Of a DNA stretch of 47,906 nt, positions 1 to 8,970 are shown in pieces (the first letter of the stretch is position 1; every line of letters begins with the position of its first letter). The notes below the pieces were generated by a model. The model did not search any database, was not told where the DNA came from, and saw only the letters and a list, made by a program, of their open reading frames with translations. This DNA comes from Kiritimatiellia bacterium. GTDB lineage: Bacteria > Verrucomicrobiota > Kiritimatiellia > RFP12 > UBA1067. The stretch is taken from NCBI GenBank assembly GCA_017646325.1, contig JAGCMU010000038.1, forward strand, positions 1 through 47,906. The letters are read 5' to 3'. The translations under genes and the position numbers were made by a program.

Positions 1-1755
1 CCAAACTAAATCGAATTCACCTGCGTCAGGATGTGGGTCTTGAGTTAAAACTTCAAATGAACGAGGAGCACCACGAGCGAAATCAACATCCTCCTTAAAA
101 TCAACGCCCCAATTTCCAGCATTGACGAGCGCTACTGAACGTCCTTGAATTTGAAGTTCCGCCAATTTGCGCTGCAAACGCTTTGGCCAATATGAAGGAC
201 CTGTACCCAAAAAGACATAACCATCGTACACATTAGATTCAAGCGCGCGTTCAAGTCTCTTGAGCTTACTCGTCCACCTGACATCGGTATTTCTAAAATA
301 TCCACTCTCAATAATATCGACATCTAAATCGATTCGATTTTTAAGATGTTGCGCGGCAAAAGTATCTTGATGCATCACGCACACAAGTACGCGCTTCTTG
401 CCGAGCGCCAAAGGTTTTCCCCATTGAACGAGAGTTGGATCTTTCCACTCATCCATCTTTGGCGCCCACTTCGGTACGTCCGAAAAATCAACTGGCCCTT
501 TTTCCAGCATGACAGGATAACGGACAATCCCTTCTTTTTGCATTTGGTTAAGAGCGATCTGATCAAAGTCGCTCGCCTCAAATTGCGTTTTGTGAAGCAT
601 CGCATATTGGATTTCTTCTACAAGACGCTTAGCATCCGCAATTGCACGGGGAAGTTCTTTGCGAGAATAGTTTGTGAGAGACTTTGATGTCGCATTGGGG
701 AATCTTTTTTTCCAACCTGCAATCAACTCGTCTTCACGTGCAAGCCAGTAATTCATAATTCCTCTGCCATACAAAGATCTGTCTTGGCTGCCGAGAGATT
801 GAAGACGAAGGAACGTATCGACGGCATAATCTTCACTCAATGCAACGTGCGGATTTGGACGAGAATCGTTCGCCTTAAACACATCGTCAAATTCTTCCAT
901 CGCATTTGAAACAGGGAGGAACACACCAAAGGCTGAATCGCTGAGCGATGTCCACGCTGTAACGGAACGCTCTTTCGGCACGGATGAAGAAAGTTCAAGA
1001 ACATGGTGAGCAGAAGAATGTTTAGAATTCTTTCTCTTGCGCAACATTTCAAACGCATCTTTCAACGAATATTTCTTAGTGGCCTTCGCCATCTTGAAAC
1101 CATCGAGCGTAAAACTATCGCCAAAGGAAATAAACGCATCGTCATCGAGACGAATCGTTTCGCACTTATTTCCAAGATGCGTCTCTACGATATACGCCTC
1201 TTTCGGGTCAGCAATAAGGATAATATTTGCTCTACCAGAACCGCACCTGCTGATAATCGATTGTACAAGCTCAACACTCTGCACAGCATTCGTACAGTAT
1301 TTCGTAAGAACAGCCGGATACTCGCGTTCTGTCGCGCCGCCGCTCATTTGGTTAATCGCCTCGACATTTTCACTTTGCGGAACATCAGTTCTTACGGCGA
1401 TAACAACGAGACCTTTTTCGTTCATGGCGAACGCGGCTTCACTTCCGACTTCATCACTCTTCATTCTCGAAAGAGAAATCGTACGCCACGTAGTTGGAGG
1501 ATAGTACCAGACAAATCCGTCACTTCCCCAATGTCTTCGCCCAGATTTATTTTCAACGCGCGGAACGAGTTCAAAATAAGTACGAGCAGGACTCTTCTCT
1601 AAATCAACGGCACGACCAATCAAGGTTGTGCCATCAACAGATGCATTTTTTCCGACAAAGAAAACAGAATCTGCAAATAGTCGAGTCATCGCAGAAACTG
1701 CGATGACTGTCGACACGAAGAAAATGGAAGTTGTTTTTTTATTCACACCTATCAT
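1..1755 (-). CDS. Partial CDS; its 3' end runs off the window start and it is absent from the supplied ORF track. Secreted peptidase-C69/Ntn-hydrolase-like N-domain fused to a GATase1/ThuA-like module.
   Basis: I read plus-strand triplets 1-1764 in this frame by hand and found no tta/cta/tca until 1765-1767. The ATG at 1755-1753 overlaps the TGA of the upstream gene (ATGA). The product starts MIGVNKKTTSIFFVSTVIAVSAMTRLFADSVFFVGKNASVDGTTLIGRAVD, a signal peptide followed by a C69-like block. The distal part, KKRVLVCVMHQDTFAAQHLKNRIDLDVDII...NVYDGYVFLGTGPSYWP, aligns with RKKVLATIGNGDVYAAWELMHRLDVDIDVFVV...NNYDGYLFIGCDPVKWP of the 1696-aa protein. Confidence 0.7.
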   Translation of the reverse strand, partial: MIGVNKKTTSIFFVSTVIAVSAMTRLFADSVFFVGKNASVDGTTLIGRAVDLEKSPARTYFELVPRVENKSGRRHWGSDGFVWYYPPTTWRTISLSRMKSDEVGSEAAFAMNEKGLVVIAVRTDVPQSENVEAINQMSGGATEREYPAVLTKYCTNAVQSVELVQSIISRCGSGRANIILIADPKEAYIVETHLGNKCETIRLDDDAFISFGDSFTLDGFKMAKATKKYSLKDAFEMLRKRKNSKHSSAHHVLELSSSVPKERSVTAWTSLSDSAFGVFLPVSNAMEEFDDVFKANDSRPNPHVALSEDYAVDTFLRLQSLGSQDRSLYGRGIMNYWLAREDELIAGWKKRFPNATSKSLTNYSRKELPRAIADAKRLVEEIQYAMLHKTQFEASDFDQIALNQMQKEGIVRYPVMLEKGPVDFSDVPKWAPKMDEWKDPTLVQWGKPLALGKKRVLVCVMHQDTFAAQHLKNRIDLDVDIIESGYFRNTDVRWTSKLKRLERALESNVYDGYVFLGTGPSYWPKRLQRKLAELQIQGRSVALVNAGNWGVDFKEDVDFARGAPRSFEVLTQDPHPDAGEFDLVW

Positions 1756-3824
1756 CTCCCCCAATTATGCCTTTCGGCAAACTCAATCATATTAACCCAA
1801 TCAGACCTTTCAACATCGTGTGGTCCGTTTCGCACGTAAAATCCGACGCGGCCAATATTGTTTGGCTCTTCTGGTTTTGGCATAGAATCTGCAACGAGCC
1901 CCTTGCATCCATAAAATTCCCATACAGGAGAGGCGAGGCGAGCCGTCCAATATTCACCATAACGCGACATATCGCCCGTACCGTCCTGAACGTAGAGAAG
2001 ACGTGGAGCAACACACGCTGCGAGTTGGTGGTGATCGAATGGAGTTTCAAATTCCTTGTTTGACCATTGCGGATAACGAGGTGAGAACCAGAATGGGAAG
2101 TTCGCGCAAATGCGTGAGATCGGTTCTGCCGGCACGGGAACTGGGACGTGGTTGAGAAGTGCGCCCGTACGCCCGGAACCTTGAGGCACGACGAGCGCGA
2201 AACGCTCATCGCGAACGCCTGCCCAAAGAGCAGTCTTACCGCAACGAGAGTGACCGGCAACACCAACGCGCTTAGAATCGAGAGCAGGAACTGTTTCAAT
2301 CCAGTCCATCACGCGGCTTGCCGCCCACGCCCATGCGGTGATGGCGCCCCAACCAGTCGGGTTGCGTTCGCCTGGACGATTCCAGCAAAGGTAAGCGCCT
2401 GTTGAGTAATTGTCGTATTTATCCGGAACGACATCACCATACCAAAATGCGACCGCCGCAACGCCACGTTTAAGTTGAGCGGCGACATCCCAATAGGTGT
2501 TGAGCTCGTTAAGAATTTTTTCCTTCTTGCGATTTGCAATAAAGACAATGGCAGGAACTTTCTTTTCGCACTTTGGAATGTATGCGACAAAATCAAACTT
2601 GCCTACACCGAGAGGTCCGCGCCAAGAAATCGTATAAAGACTTCTCGTAGCTTTAACTCCATCGATTACGACTTCTTCATCTGACTTCTTCGTAAATTTC
2701 AAATCATCCGGCTTATCCGTAGGAGCTCTACCGTAAACATTGTCTGTAAAGTACTCTACGATTTCTGGACGGCGAATCTTTTCCCATCCCTCTTTATCGG
2801 TGACGGTGGTCTTGCCATCGTACGTCGTCAAAAGCGGTGGAGGATTGACCGGCTTTACAGTCGTAATGTTATTCCAATTGTGACGGTCTGCAAATGCGAT
2901 ATAAGAATTCCATTCAGCGGCATCCAAATCAGTACCTTCACTCTTTACGCGATAGGCGACCATGCCACGCATATCGACTTCGCCGACAGACGGAAACTTT
3001 TCATTTGCCAAACCAATCGCACGATAAAACTTCCACGCAGCCGATGCTTCGCGAGTAGCTTCAAATTCGCGCTTCACCTGTTCCTTGCCTGTCGCTTCGG
3101 AAGAGGTTATGAAAAGTAAGCGAGGAACGCCAAGCGCTACGAGGTCGCGCCATTCAGGTCCGACTCCGCATTGCGAAGCGCAAGTCATCGCAAGACGCCA
3201 ATCGTAACAACCGTGCCACAATGTCGCCATTCCGTTCAACTTGCCGCAACCAACTGCTGCAACCATCATTTCATCCGTAAGTTTTTCGCCCTTAATCCAA
3301 TCGTAAATGCGGCTAAAGGCCCAAGCGCGAAGAGAAATCGCGTCAATGTCTGTTGGAGCAGAAACTTGGTTTCCGCAAAAACCGACCGTTCCATAACCGT
3401 GCTTTACGATTGTTTCAACGGGCCAACGAGGATCGTTTGCAGGAGATTCAATAAGCTTCGCATCATCCGTAATATACGCGAACACGGCAACTTGGTAATC
3501 ACGCTTCGGGATTATCGCAACTGCGTCGAACGATTTTATGCCGTAAAGTGTTTTCCATGAAAAACGAATACGCTTTTCAATTGCTCCTGGCACGGCCGCA
3601 AATGGGCGGCAGGAAAGTTCCTCTGCATTAAAATCCTTTGCTACAGTATGCCATCTTCCAAATGCCATGCGTTCATACTTCGCAGTGATTTCCCCTTGAC
3701 GAGGAAACCACTCAAAAGGGAACACAACTTTTGCACCATTGTCGCGGACGAACAATTCTGGTAATTCTGCTGCTCCAGAAATGATGGACGCTGCTGCGAA
3801 CAATGTAAAAATACATTTTTTCAT
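1752..3824 (-). CDS. Secreted carbohydrate esterase family 15-like (glucuronoyl esterase) protein with an internally duplicated fold
   Basis: 690-aa ORF with signal peptide MKKCIFTLFAAASIISGAA. The C-terminal half carries GVAGHSRCGKTALWAG, which matches the CE15 G-x-S-R-x-G nucleophile motif. The N-terminal half is a diverged copy. An SD-like AAGGAA lies upstream. Confidence 0.75.
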   Translation of the reverse strand: MKKCIFTLFAAASIISGAAELPELFVRDNGAKVVFPFEWFPRQGEITAKYERMAFGRWHTVAKDFNAEELSCRPFAAVPGAIEKRIRFSWKTLYGIKSFDAVAIIPKRDYQVAVFAYITDDAKLIESPANDPRWPVETIVKHGYGTVGFCGNQVSAPTDIDAISLRAWAFSRIYDWIKGEKLTDEMMVAAVGCGKLNGMATLWHGCYDWRLAMTCASQCGVGPEWRDLVALGVPRLLFITSSEATGKEQVKREFEATREASAAWKFYRAIGLANEKFPSVGEVDMRGMVAYRVKSEGTDLDAAEWNSYIAFADRHNWNNITTVKPVNPPPLLTTYDGKTTVTDKEGWEKIRRPEIVEYFTDNVYGRAPTDKPDDLKFTKKSDEEVVIDGVKATRSLYTISWRGPLGVGKFDFVAYIPKCEKKVPAIVFIANRKKEKILNELNTYWDVAAQLKRGVAAVAFWYGDVVPDKYDNYSTGAYLCWNRPGERNPTGWGAITAWAWAASRVMDWIETVPALDSKRVGVAGHSRCGKTALWAGVRDERFALVVPQGSGRTGALLNHVPVPVPAEPISRICANFPFWFSPRYPQWSNKEFETPFDHHQLAACVAPRLLYVQDGTGDMSRYGEYWTARLASPVWEFYGCKGLVADSMPKPEEPNNIGRVGFYVRNGPHDVERSDWVNMIEFAERHNWGR

Positions 3825-3838
3825 TTTCCTAAATTCCT

Positions 3839-6800
3839 TTACTTAATAACGATCTTCTGAGTTGACTTCTTGCCTGTTGCAATATCAGTGACTTCAAGCG
3901 TAAAGTATTCAACCGCTTCATTCCATGCGATAGCAAAACTCGTTGACACCTTTCCGCCTTTTGCGTCTACTAAACGGAATGGGATTTGGGTGTAACGATC
4001 AGGACGGAGGCCGCCTGGCGGAATGAGTTCAACGCGCAACACGTGCGTTGCAATAGCTGAAGGTTTCTTCTCTGAAGTTTCAAGCGCAGCCTTAATCGTA
4101 AGCGTCTTACCGCGTTCGATTTCTGCAGGAGCATCAATCTTAACGCCCTTCACCTGATATGGAAGGCGAGAGATAAAGCGCGTATCAAAGCCCTTGAATT
4201 CAAATGGAAGTTTATCAACGAAACCAAAATCTTCACCCGTGCGGATATCGTATGTCCATGCCTTTACGCCGCCGAAATCGAAGTAACCCTTGCGAGGCAA
4301 CTTTTCGCCTGAGACTGGGAGTTTTTCAATTCCGAGGAACCATGCGTTGTTACGGACGAATGGAGAGATTTCAATACCGCCGACTCTGCTGCCATCTTCC
4401 CAACGCGCAATACAACGAGGCTTTGCGACATTAGCAAGCATGAGAAGATCTTCTACGAATTGCGTATACTTCTCACGATCCTTTCCTTCGCAAGCAAAGC
4501 GCAAGCCGATTGGAGTGAAGTTAAGAAATACTGCGCGGCCCTTTCCGTACGTGTTGATCTTTACGTTGTCGAGATTTACAACGTCAGTATTTTCAGGACA
4601 CTTGTACGTTTTTGAATCGATACCAAAGACATCATCAAGCATACCCTTCTCGAGTTTGTCACCGTTTGCGGCGAGGAATGCCGGACGAGCGTCGGTAATA
4701 ACTACGCCGCCATTTTTAACGAAATCGCGGATTGCTTGCGTCTGCTTTCCGTTGAGCAACTGTAAGCATGGAAGGATGAGAATTTTTACATCTTTCTTCT
4801 TAAGTACGCCCTTTTCAAGGTCGCCATCAAGGAGCCAATCGTAAGAACGGCAAATATCATCCAAAACTAATTGCCACGTATTTGCAGAATCTTCTGTCTT
4901 ACCGAAGTCGGTATAAATACCGTCCAATGCAGCAGACTCTGTATCGTAGAGGAGATAGATACCATCGTTTTCACGACGTGAGCGGCGCATCAAGGAAGCG
5001 GGGCCGCGCTTAACTTCGCGAAGTGCCTCGCAAGTGAAACCTGCCGTACCGTCTTGAACACCAAGGTCGCCACGGAAGCTTACGAACGTACTCCAGAACC
5101 AGCAAAGGTTGTTTCCAGAAAAGACGGAGCGCCAAACGTCGCTGTCGCGTTGTTCGCGAGGTTTCTTAGGAGAGTAATAAACACCAAGAGTTGTACCTAC
5201 GAGACCACCTTCGTTTACCATACGACGGAAACGCTTCGTAAGGTGTAGAGATGTCCAATAAGGGCAAGTTGAGCCAAGCTTACGTACTGAATCAATTGAG
5301 TTGTGGTAGTGCGTACATCCCATGAATACAGGGAGACCCTTTTCAACTTTATCAACTTCGGTACGTACTGTCGTAAATTCATCGTTCAAAAGTTTACGCA
5401 TGAATCTGCGGCGATCGAGTTCGCCTGCAATCTTTCCTTCGTCCTTCAATGAAACGATATCCTCTTGCGTGATATCAAAGAAGCACTTGAATTTCGAATG
5501 CCAAGCAGCATTAAGCTTTTCAATCTTGCCGCCATAAACGCTGTCACGGAGCCAGAATTGGAAGTGAACAAACGTTGTAGATGGAGCTGGCTTAAGATTC
5601 TTAAGGGATTCAATCGTAATATCTTCCCACTTCGTAATGGACATACCGTTTTGACGGTTGAAGTATTCGATGGCCTTTGGCCCAGCATAAGCAATACGGC
5701 AAGCCTTGCGAATGTTTTCGATATCCTGTGGATAAAGGCGGGCATTGATGAGCTTTGGCAAGCAGTTTGCCGGTTGAAGTTCATTCAAGAAGCCCCAATG
5801 AATATTCCATGTAGAACCTCTCACCTTGATATTGCGGGAAGAAGACCAATCTAAAGTGACATTGCGCAACTTTTCGCCGCTAGCGACACGAGCCCAAACT
5901 TCATCTTCAACCATTCTCCAGAAAATTGGCACCCAGTCTGGAGTGTCGGCAGAGAATGAATGTGGAACGGATGAGTCGTCACCGCAAGAAATAAGGAGAC
6001 CATTATGTTGAACAATCTTTTGCGCATTCTTACGGAAACGTTCGCCCATCTTCTTGAGGAAGGCGGGAGATGCGAGTGAGCCGCCATCTTCTGCGTGTCC
6101 GCCGGCGATACGGTCACGAAGTGCTGCGTCGCCTCCGTTCAAAAGACGCGTTGGGCTACCACCCTGACAAAGATCAATGCAATACCATTCGAGCAACGTC
6201 TGACGTCTCCATCCGTTGATACCGCCTTGTTCAAAGCCGTCGGTAAACACTGTAAAATCATCTGGGCGACCGCGCTTGCGGTAAAATTCCTTCTTGGCTT
6301 CACCATAGCAAACACCATCTGCACCATAAACTTTCGCTGCGAGGAAGTGAGCGTTTCCAGTCAAACGTGCACTAGAAAACGCGATGCGGGCAATACCCGT
6401 CTTTGCGTCAACTGAGAACTCACCCTTTTCAATGATGCGTTCGCGAACGTCAATCAAATCGACCTTAACCTTCAAGCCTTCAATCGCATTTGAAACAACG
6501 AGAGTTGCGTCGATTTTTTCCGTAGGTTTAAACATGTTCTTTCTTGGAGCAAGACTAGTGATTACTGGAGCAGGACGCTTTTCGTTACAAAGAGGCGAGC
6601 AATTGCACGCACCTGCAAAGGAAGGCCTTACTTCAAAAGCGGATGAAGCGAAATCGCAAACCTTGCCCTTCGTGAAGGCGTAACCATCGTAAGAGCAATC
6701 ACCATCAACGAGGAAGACGTCTGCAAAATACTTGCCTGTTTCAATTCCAGGCGCTTCAAAAGTTACGTGACCTGTGCTTGCCTTAGCCCTACAAACGACC

Positions 6801-8884
6801 GGTGCGACGGATTTGCCCTTAGCGCCACGCAATACGAGAACGGCGTTAACATTCTCGCCTTCTTTTACTTTGACGTTAGCAAGAACTTTAAACTTTTGAT
6901 TTGGTTCAGCCTTGCAAACGGAAACTGACTTTACAAAAGTATCTTCCTTGACGAGTCCCAAACCCTTTGCAACAACACGCGTACCTGCGGCGTAGCAGTA
7001 TTCGTCGGAGATTAAATCTCCTGACGCAAAGCTCCAACCTGGGAGGAAGGATGTATGTTCACGGTAACCTGAACCCTTACCAGGATTCCACATTGAATAA
7101 GAACCCTTACCCACGTCGCAAGATAGTACTTCAGGGAAAATGCAAGGCTTCTTTTCCGTTTCAAACATTGAACCAGTCTTCTTTTGAACGCGAACGAGGG
7201 ACGGAATTCCCGACAAAAGGGAGTTGTCCTTCTTGAGACGATAGCCCCATGAAGTGCCGTTGACCGTCACACATTTTGCACCTTGAAGCAAACGTTCAGA
7301 GAGAGCGCACTGATATTTTACTGGCCACTTTACAGGATCACATCCGATGAAGAGGTATCCGTCGTAATTATTCTTTACGAGGAGGTTTTCAAGCATCGCC
7401 AACTTTTCAGCGTCGGTGTAGTGGTATTCTTTACTTGGGCGAACGACCTTTTGCTTGATTTGTTGGTTTTCTACGACAAAAACATCGATATCGACATCCA
7501 AGCGGTGCATCAATTCCCAAGCGGCGTAAACGTCGCCATTTCCGATTGTGGCGAGAACTTTCTTGCGACCCGCAACCGATGGTTTTAACCATGCTGGAGT
7601 ATTTTCAATCGTACGTTCCCATGGGAGTGGTTTAACGCCGATATATTGGTCTTTAAGAGTTGGTGCCTTTGGATCGTATTTAAGCGCAACTGGATAACGG
7701 ACCTTTCCTTCGTGAAGCATCAATGCGCGAAGAGCTGCATAGTAATCGTTTTCGATATCAGCTTTTACCTTGGCAGAAAACGCTACGAGCGCATCCAAAT
7801 CACCTACGTCGCAAGAAGTTGCCTTTGCGAAGAATTCGCCGCGTTCTTTCAACTTCGTCAAATTTGAAAGAGACGTTCTATAAACGCTTTCATAAAAACC
7901 TTTGCTTGGAGCAGGCACGTTGTTGGTAAGAGTCCAAAGGCGTTCATACGCCGCAATAGATTCCTTAACTAAGCTGTTTGCCTTGTCGAGGTAACCCAAT
8001 TCAAAAACTTTGCCGTTTTCAACGACGACATAGGCGCTGTCAGTTTGAACTAAAATCTTGCGCGACTTAAGGTCTGGATAAGAAAGAGCCAAACCTTCCG
8101 CTACAGACTTTGGCATCTTTTCAACGAAAATTGCACGGCTGTTTCTAGTTGCACCTTGATACTGCTTGCGGTTACCCCAGCAGAAAATCTGTGCAAAGCG
8201 TATGCTCGTAGGGTCACCATCCGTCGTCACGAAATTCTTGTTAAAACGCAATCGACCGACGTTAAACCCGAGGCGATACCCGACGCGCCCTTCCGTTCCA
8301 AATGAAGAGTGGGCAAAGCGCGCTTCTACTATCCAATAATCCTTACCAATAGAATACGCCTTCTTCCATTGTGCGTTACGCCCAAAGTTTGGATCTCTTT
8401 GAAGACCAAAGCCTTCGTCATAACTTTTTAAAATCTGTCCATTAGGAATTGCAGCAAGAATGGATTGATACAATGGGTATTCACCTGGAACACCGCCATT
8501 CATATAAAATTCAATACTGTCGCGGTTAAATACCGTTCCTGAACGGTCAGAAGATTGAATGCGGAAACTCGCCATATTTTCTGGAGTATCTTCATGACAA
8601 ATTGCAGAAACGTAAACGTACTTTTCGTCCCACATCATTCGGACTTCAGTTGGTGGCAAAGCCTGATTTGTCCCATAGCTGTAACTAGTTGGCCCAAAGT
8701 CGGTCGTCACCGCAGCATTCTTCCATTCTGCATCATCCAGCTTACCGTCAATATTAACTTCGGTCGTAGCCTTTGGCACAAACAAAAGTTTATATTCGTG
8801 ACATTCATCAGCAACGGCATCGACACAAAAAGCTCCTCCCGCCAATGCCATCGCGATCACCTTACCTACTGATCTTATTTTCAT
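3839..8884 (-). CDS. Giant secreted multi-domain protein A: CBM9/DOMON-like N-domain, GATase1-like module, Ig-like region, GH42-like TIM-barrel region and GH42 'middle' domain
   Basis: Long ORF. I moved the start to the ATG at 8884 (MKIRSVGKVIAMALAGGAFCVDAVA), which is preceded by AAAGGAGAAATT. The track start at 8929 falls inside a predicted -10 box. Motifs seen: IDGKLDDAEWKNAA...WDEKYVYVSA (CBM9-like), WLRDSVYGGKIEKLNAAWHSKF (GH42-like) and KILILPCLQLLNGKQTQAIRDFVKNGGVVI (GH42 M-domain-like). Confidence 0.8.
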   Translation of the reverse strand: MKIRSVGKVIAMALAGGAFCVDAVADECHEYKLLFVPKATTEVNIDGKLDDAEWKNAAVTTDFGPTSYSYGTNQALPPTEVRMMWDEKYVYVSAICHEDTPENMASFRIQSSDRSGTVFNRDSIEFYMNGGVPGEYPLYQSILAAIPNGQILKSYDEGFGLQRDPNFGRNAQWKKAYSIGKDYWIVEARFAHSSFGTEGRVGYRLGFNVGRLRFNKNFVTTDGDPTSIRFAQIFCWGNRKQYQGATRNSRAIFVEKMPKSVAEGLALSYPDLKSRKILVQTDSAYVVVENGKVFELGYLDKANSLVKESIAAYERLWTLTNNVPAPSKGFYESVYRTSLSNLTKLKERGEFFAKATSCDVGDLDALVAFSAKVKADIENDYYAALRALMLHEGKVRYPVALKYDPKAPTLKDQYIGVKPLPWERTIENTPAWLKPSVAGRKKVLATIGNGDVYAAWELMHRLDVDIDVFVVENQQIKQKVVRPSKEYHYTDAEKLAMLENLLVKNNYDGYLFIGCDPVKWPVKYQCALSERLLQGAKCVTVNGTSWGYRLKKDNSLLSGIPSLVRVQKKTGSMFETEKKPCIFPEVLSCDVGKGSYSMWNPGKGSGYREHTSFLPGWSFASGDLISDEYCYAAGTRVVAKGLGLVKEDTFVKSVSVCKAEPNQKFKVLANVKVKEGENVNAVLVLRGAKGKSVAPVVCRAKASTGHVTFEAPGIETGKYFADVFLVDGDCSYDGYAFTKGKVCDFASSAFEVRPSFAGACNCSPLCNEKRPAPVITSLAPRKNMFKPTEKIDATLVVSNAIEGLKVKVDLIDVRERIIEKGEFSVDAKTGIARIAFSSARLTGNAHFLAAKVYGADGVCYGEAKKEFYRKRGRPDDFTVFTDGFEQGGINGWRRQTLLEWYCIDLCQGGSPTRLLNGGDAALRDRIAGGHAEDGGSLASPAFLKKMGERFRKNAQKIVQHNGLLISCGDDSSVPHSFSADTPDWVPIFWRMVEDEVWARVASGEKLRNVTLDWSSSRNIKVRGSTWNIHWGFLNELQPANCLPKLINARLYPQDIENIRKACRIAYAGPKAIEYFNRQNGMSITKWEDITIESLKNLKPAPSTTFVHFQFWLRDSVYGGKIEKLNAAWHSKFKCFFDITQEDIVSLKDEGKIAGELDRRRFMRKLLNDEFTTVRTEVDKVEKGLPVFMGCTHYHNSIDSVRKLGSTCPYWTSLHLTKRFRRMVNEGGLVGTTLGVYYSPKKPREQRDSDVWRSVFSGNNLCWFWSTFVSFRGDLGVQDGTAGFTCEALREVKRGPASLMRRSRRENDGIYLLYDTESAALDGIYTDFGKTEDSANTWQLVLDDICRSYDWLLDGDLEKGVLKKKDVKILILPCLQLLNGKQTQAIRDFVKNGGVVITDARPAFLAANGDKLEKGMLDDVFGIDSKTYKCPENTDVVNLDNVKINTYGKGRAVFLNFTPIGLRFACEGKDREKYTQFVEDLLMLANVAKPRCIARWEDGSRVGGIEISPFVRNNAWFLGIEKLPVSGEKLPRKGYFDFGGVKAWTYDIRTGEDFGFVDKLPFEFKGFDTRFISRLPYQVKGVKIDAPAEIERGKTLTIKAALETSEKKPSAIATHVLRVELIPPGGLRPDRYTQIPFRLVDAKGGKVSTSFAIAWNEAVEYFTLEVTDIATGKKSTQKIVIK

Positions 8885-8928
8885 AATTTCTCCTTTGTTT
8901 CCTATTCTAAAATCTTCATACTTTTGCA

Positions 8929-8957
8929 ATCATAACATATTAGGATTATGTTTGCAA
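8929..8957 (-). promoter_or_regulatory. Sigma70-like internal promoter (TTGCAA-17-TATGAT) embedded in a 34-bp palindrome
   Basis: On the minus strand, TTGCAA lies at 8957-8952, followed by a 17-nt spacer and TATGAT at 8934-8929. The palindrome TTGCAAACATAA-N10-TTATGATTGCAA spans 8924-8957 with 11/12 arm matches. Confidence 0.35.
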
Positions 8958-8970
8958 CACATCTAAACCT

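Noticed and set aside
1003-1602. Plus-strand ORFs of 155-199 aa (1003-1602, 1037-1504) and similar long antisense ORFs elsewhere (e.g. 4290-4844, 10465-11106, 20045-20575, 31710-32405, 36414-36968, 37847-38413, 40465-41058)
   Set aside because: Each lies wholly inside, and antisense to, a longer ORF with recognisable family motifs. Their translations are low-complexity or Arg/Ser/Cys-rich with no motifs, which is typical of shadow ORFs.
8885-8929. Track start of protein A at 8929 (MQKYEDFRIGNKGEI…)
   Set aside because: The extension lacks an SD, overlaps the predicted -10 box and precedes a strong AAAGGAGA-ATG followed by a signal peptide at 8884.
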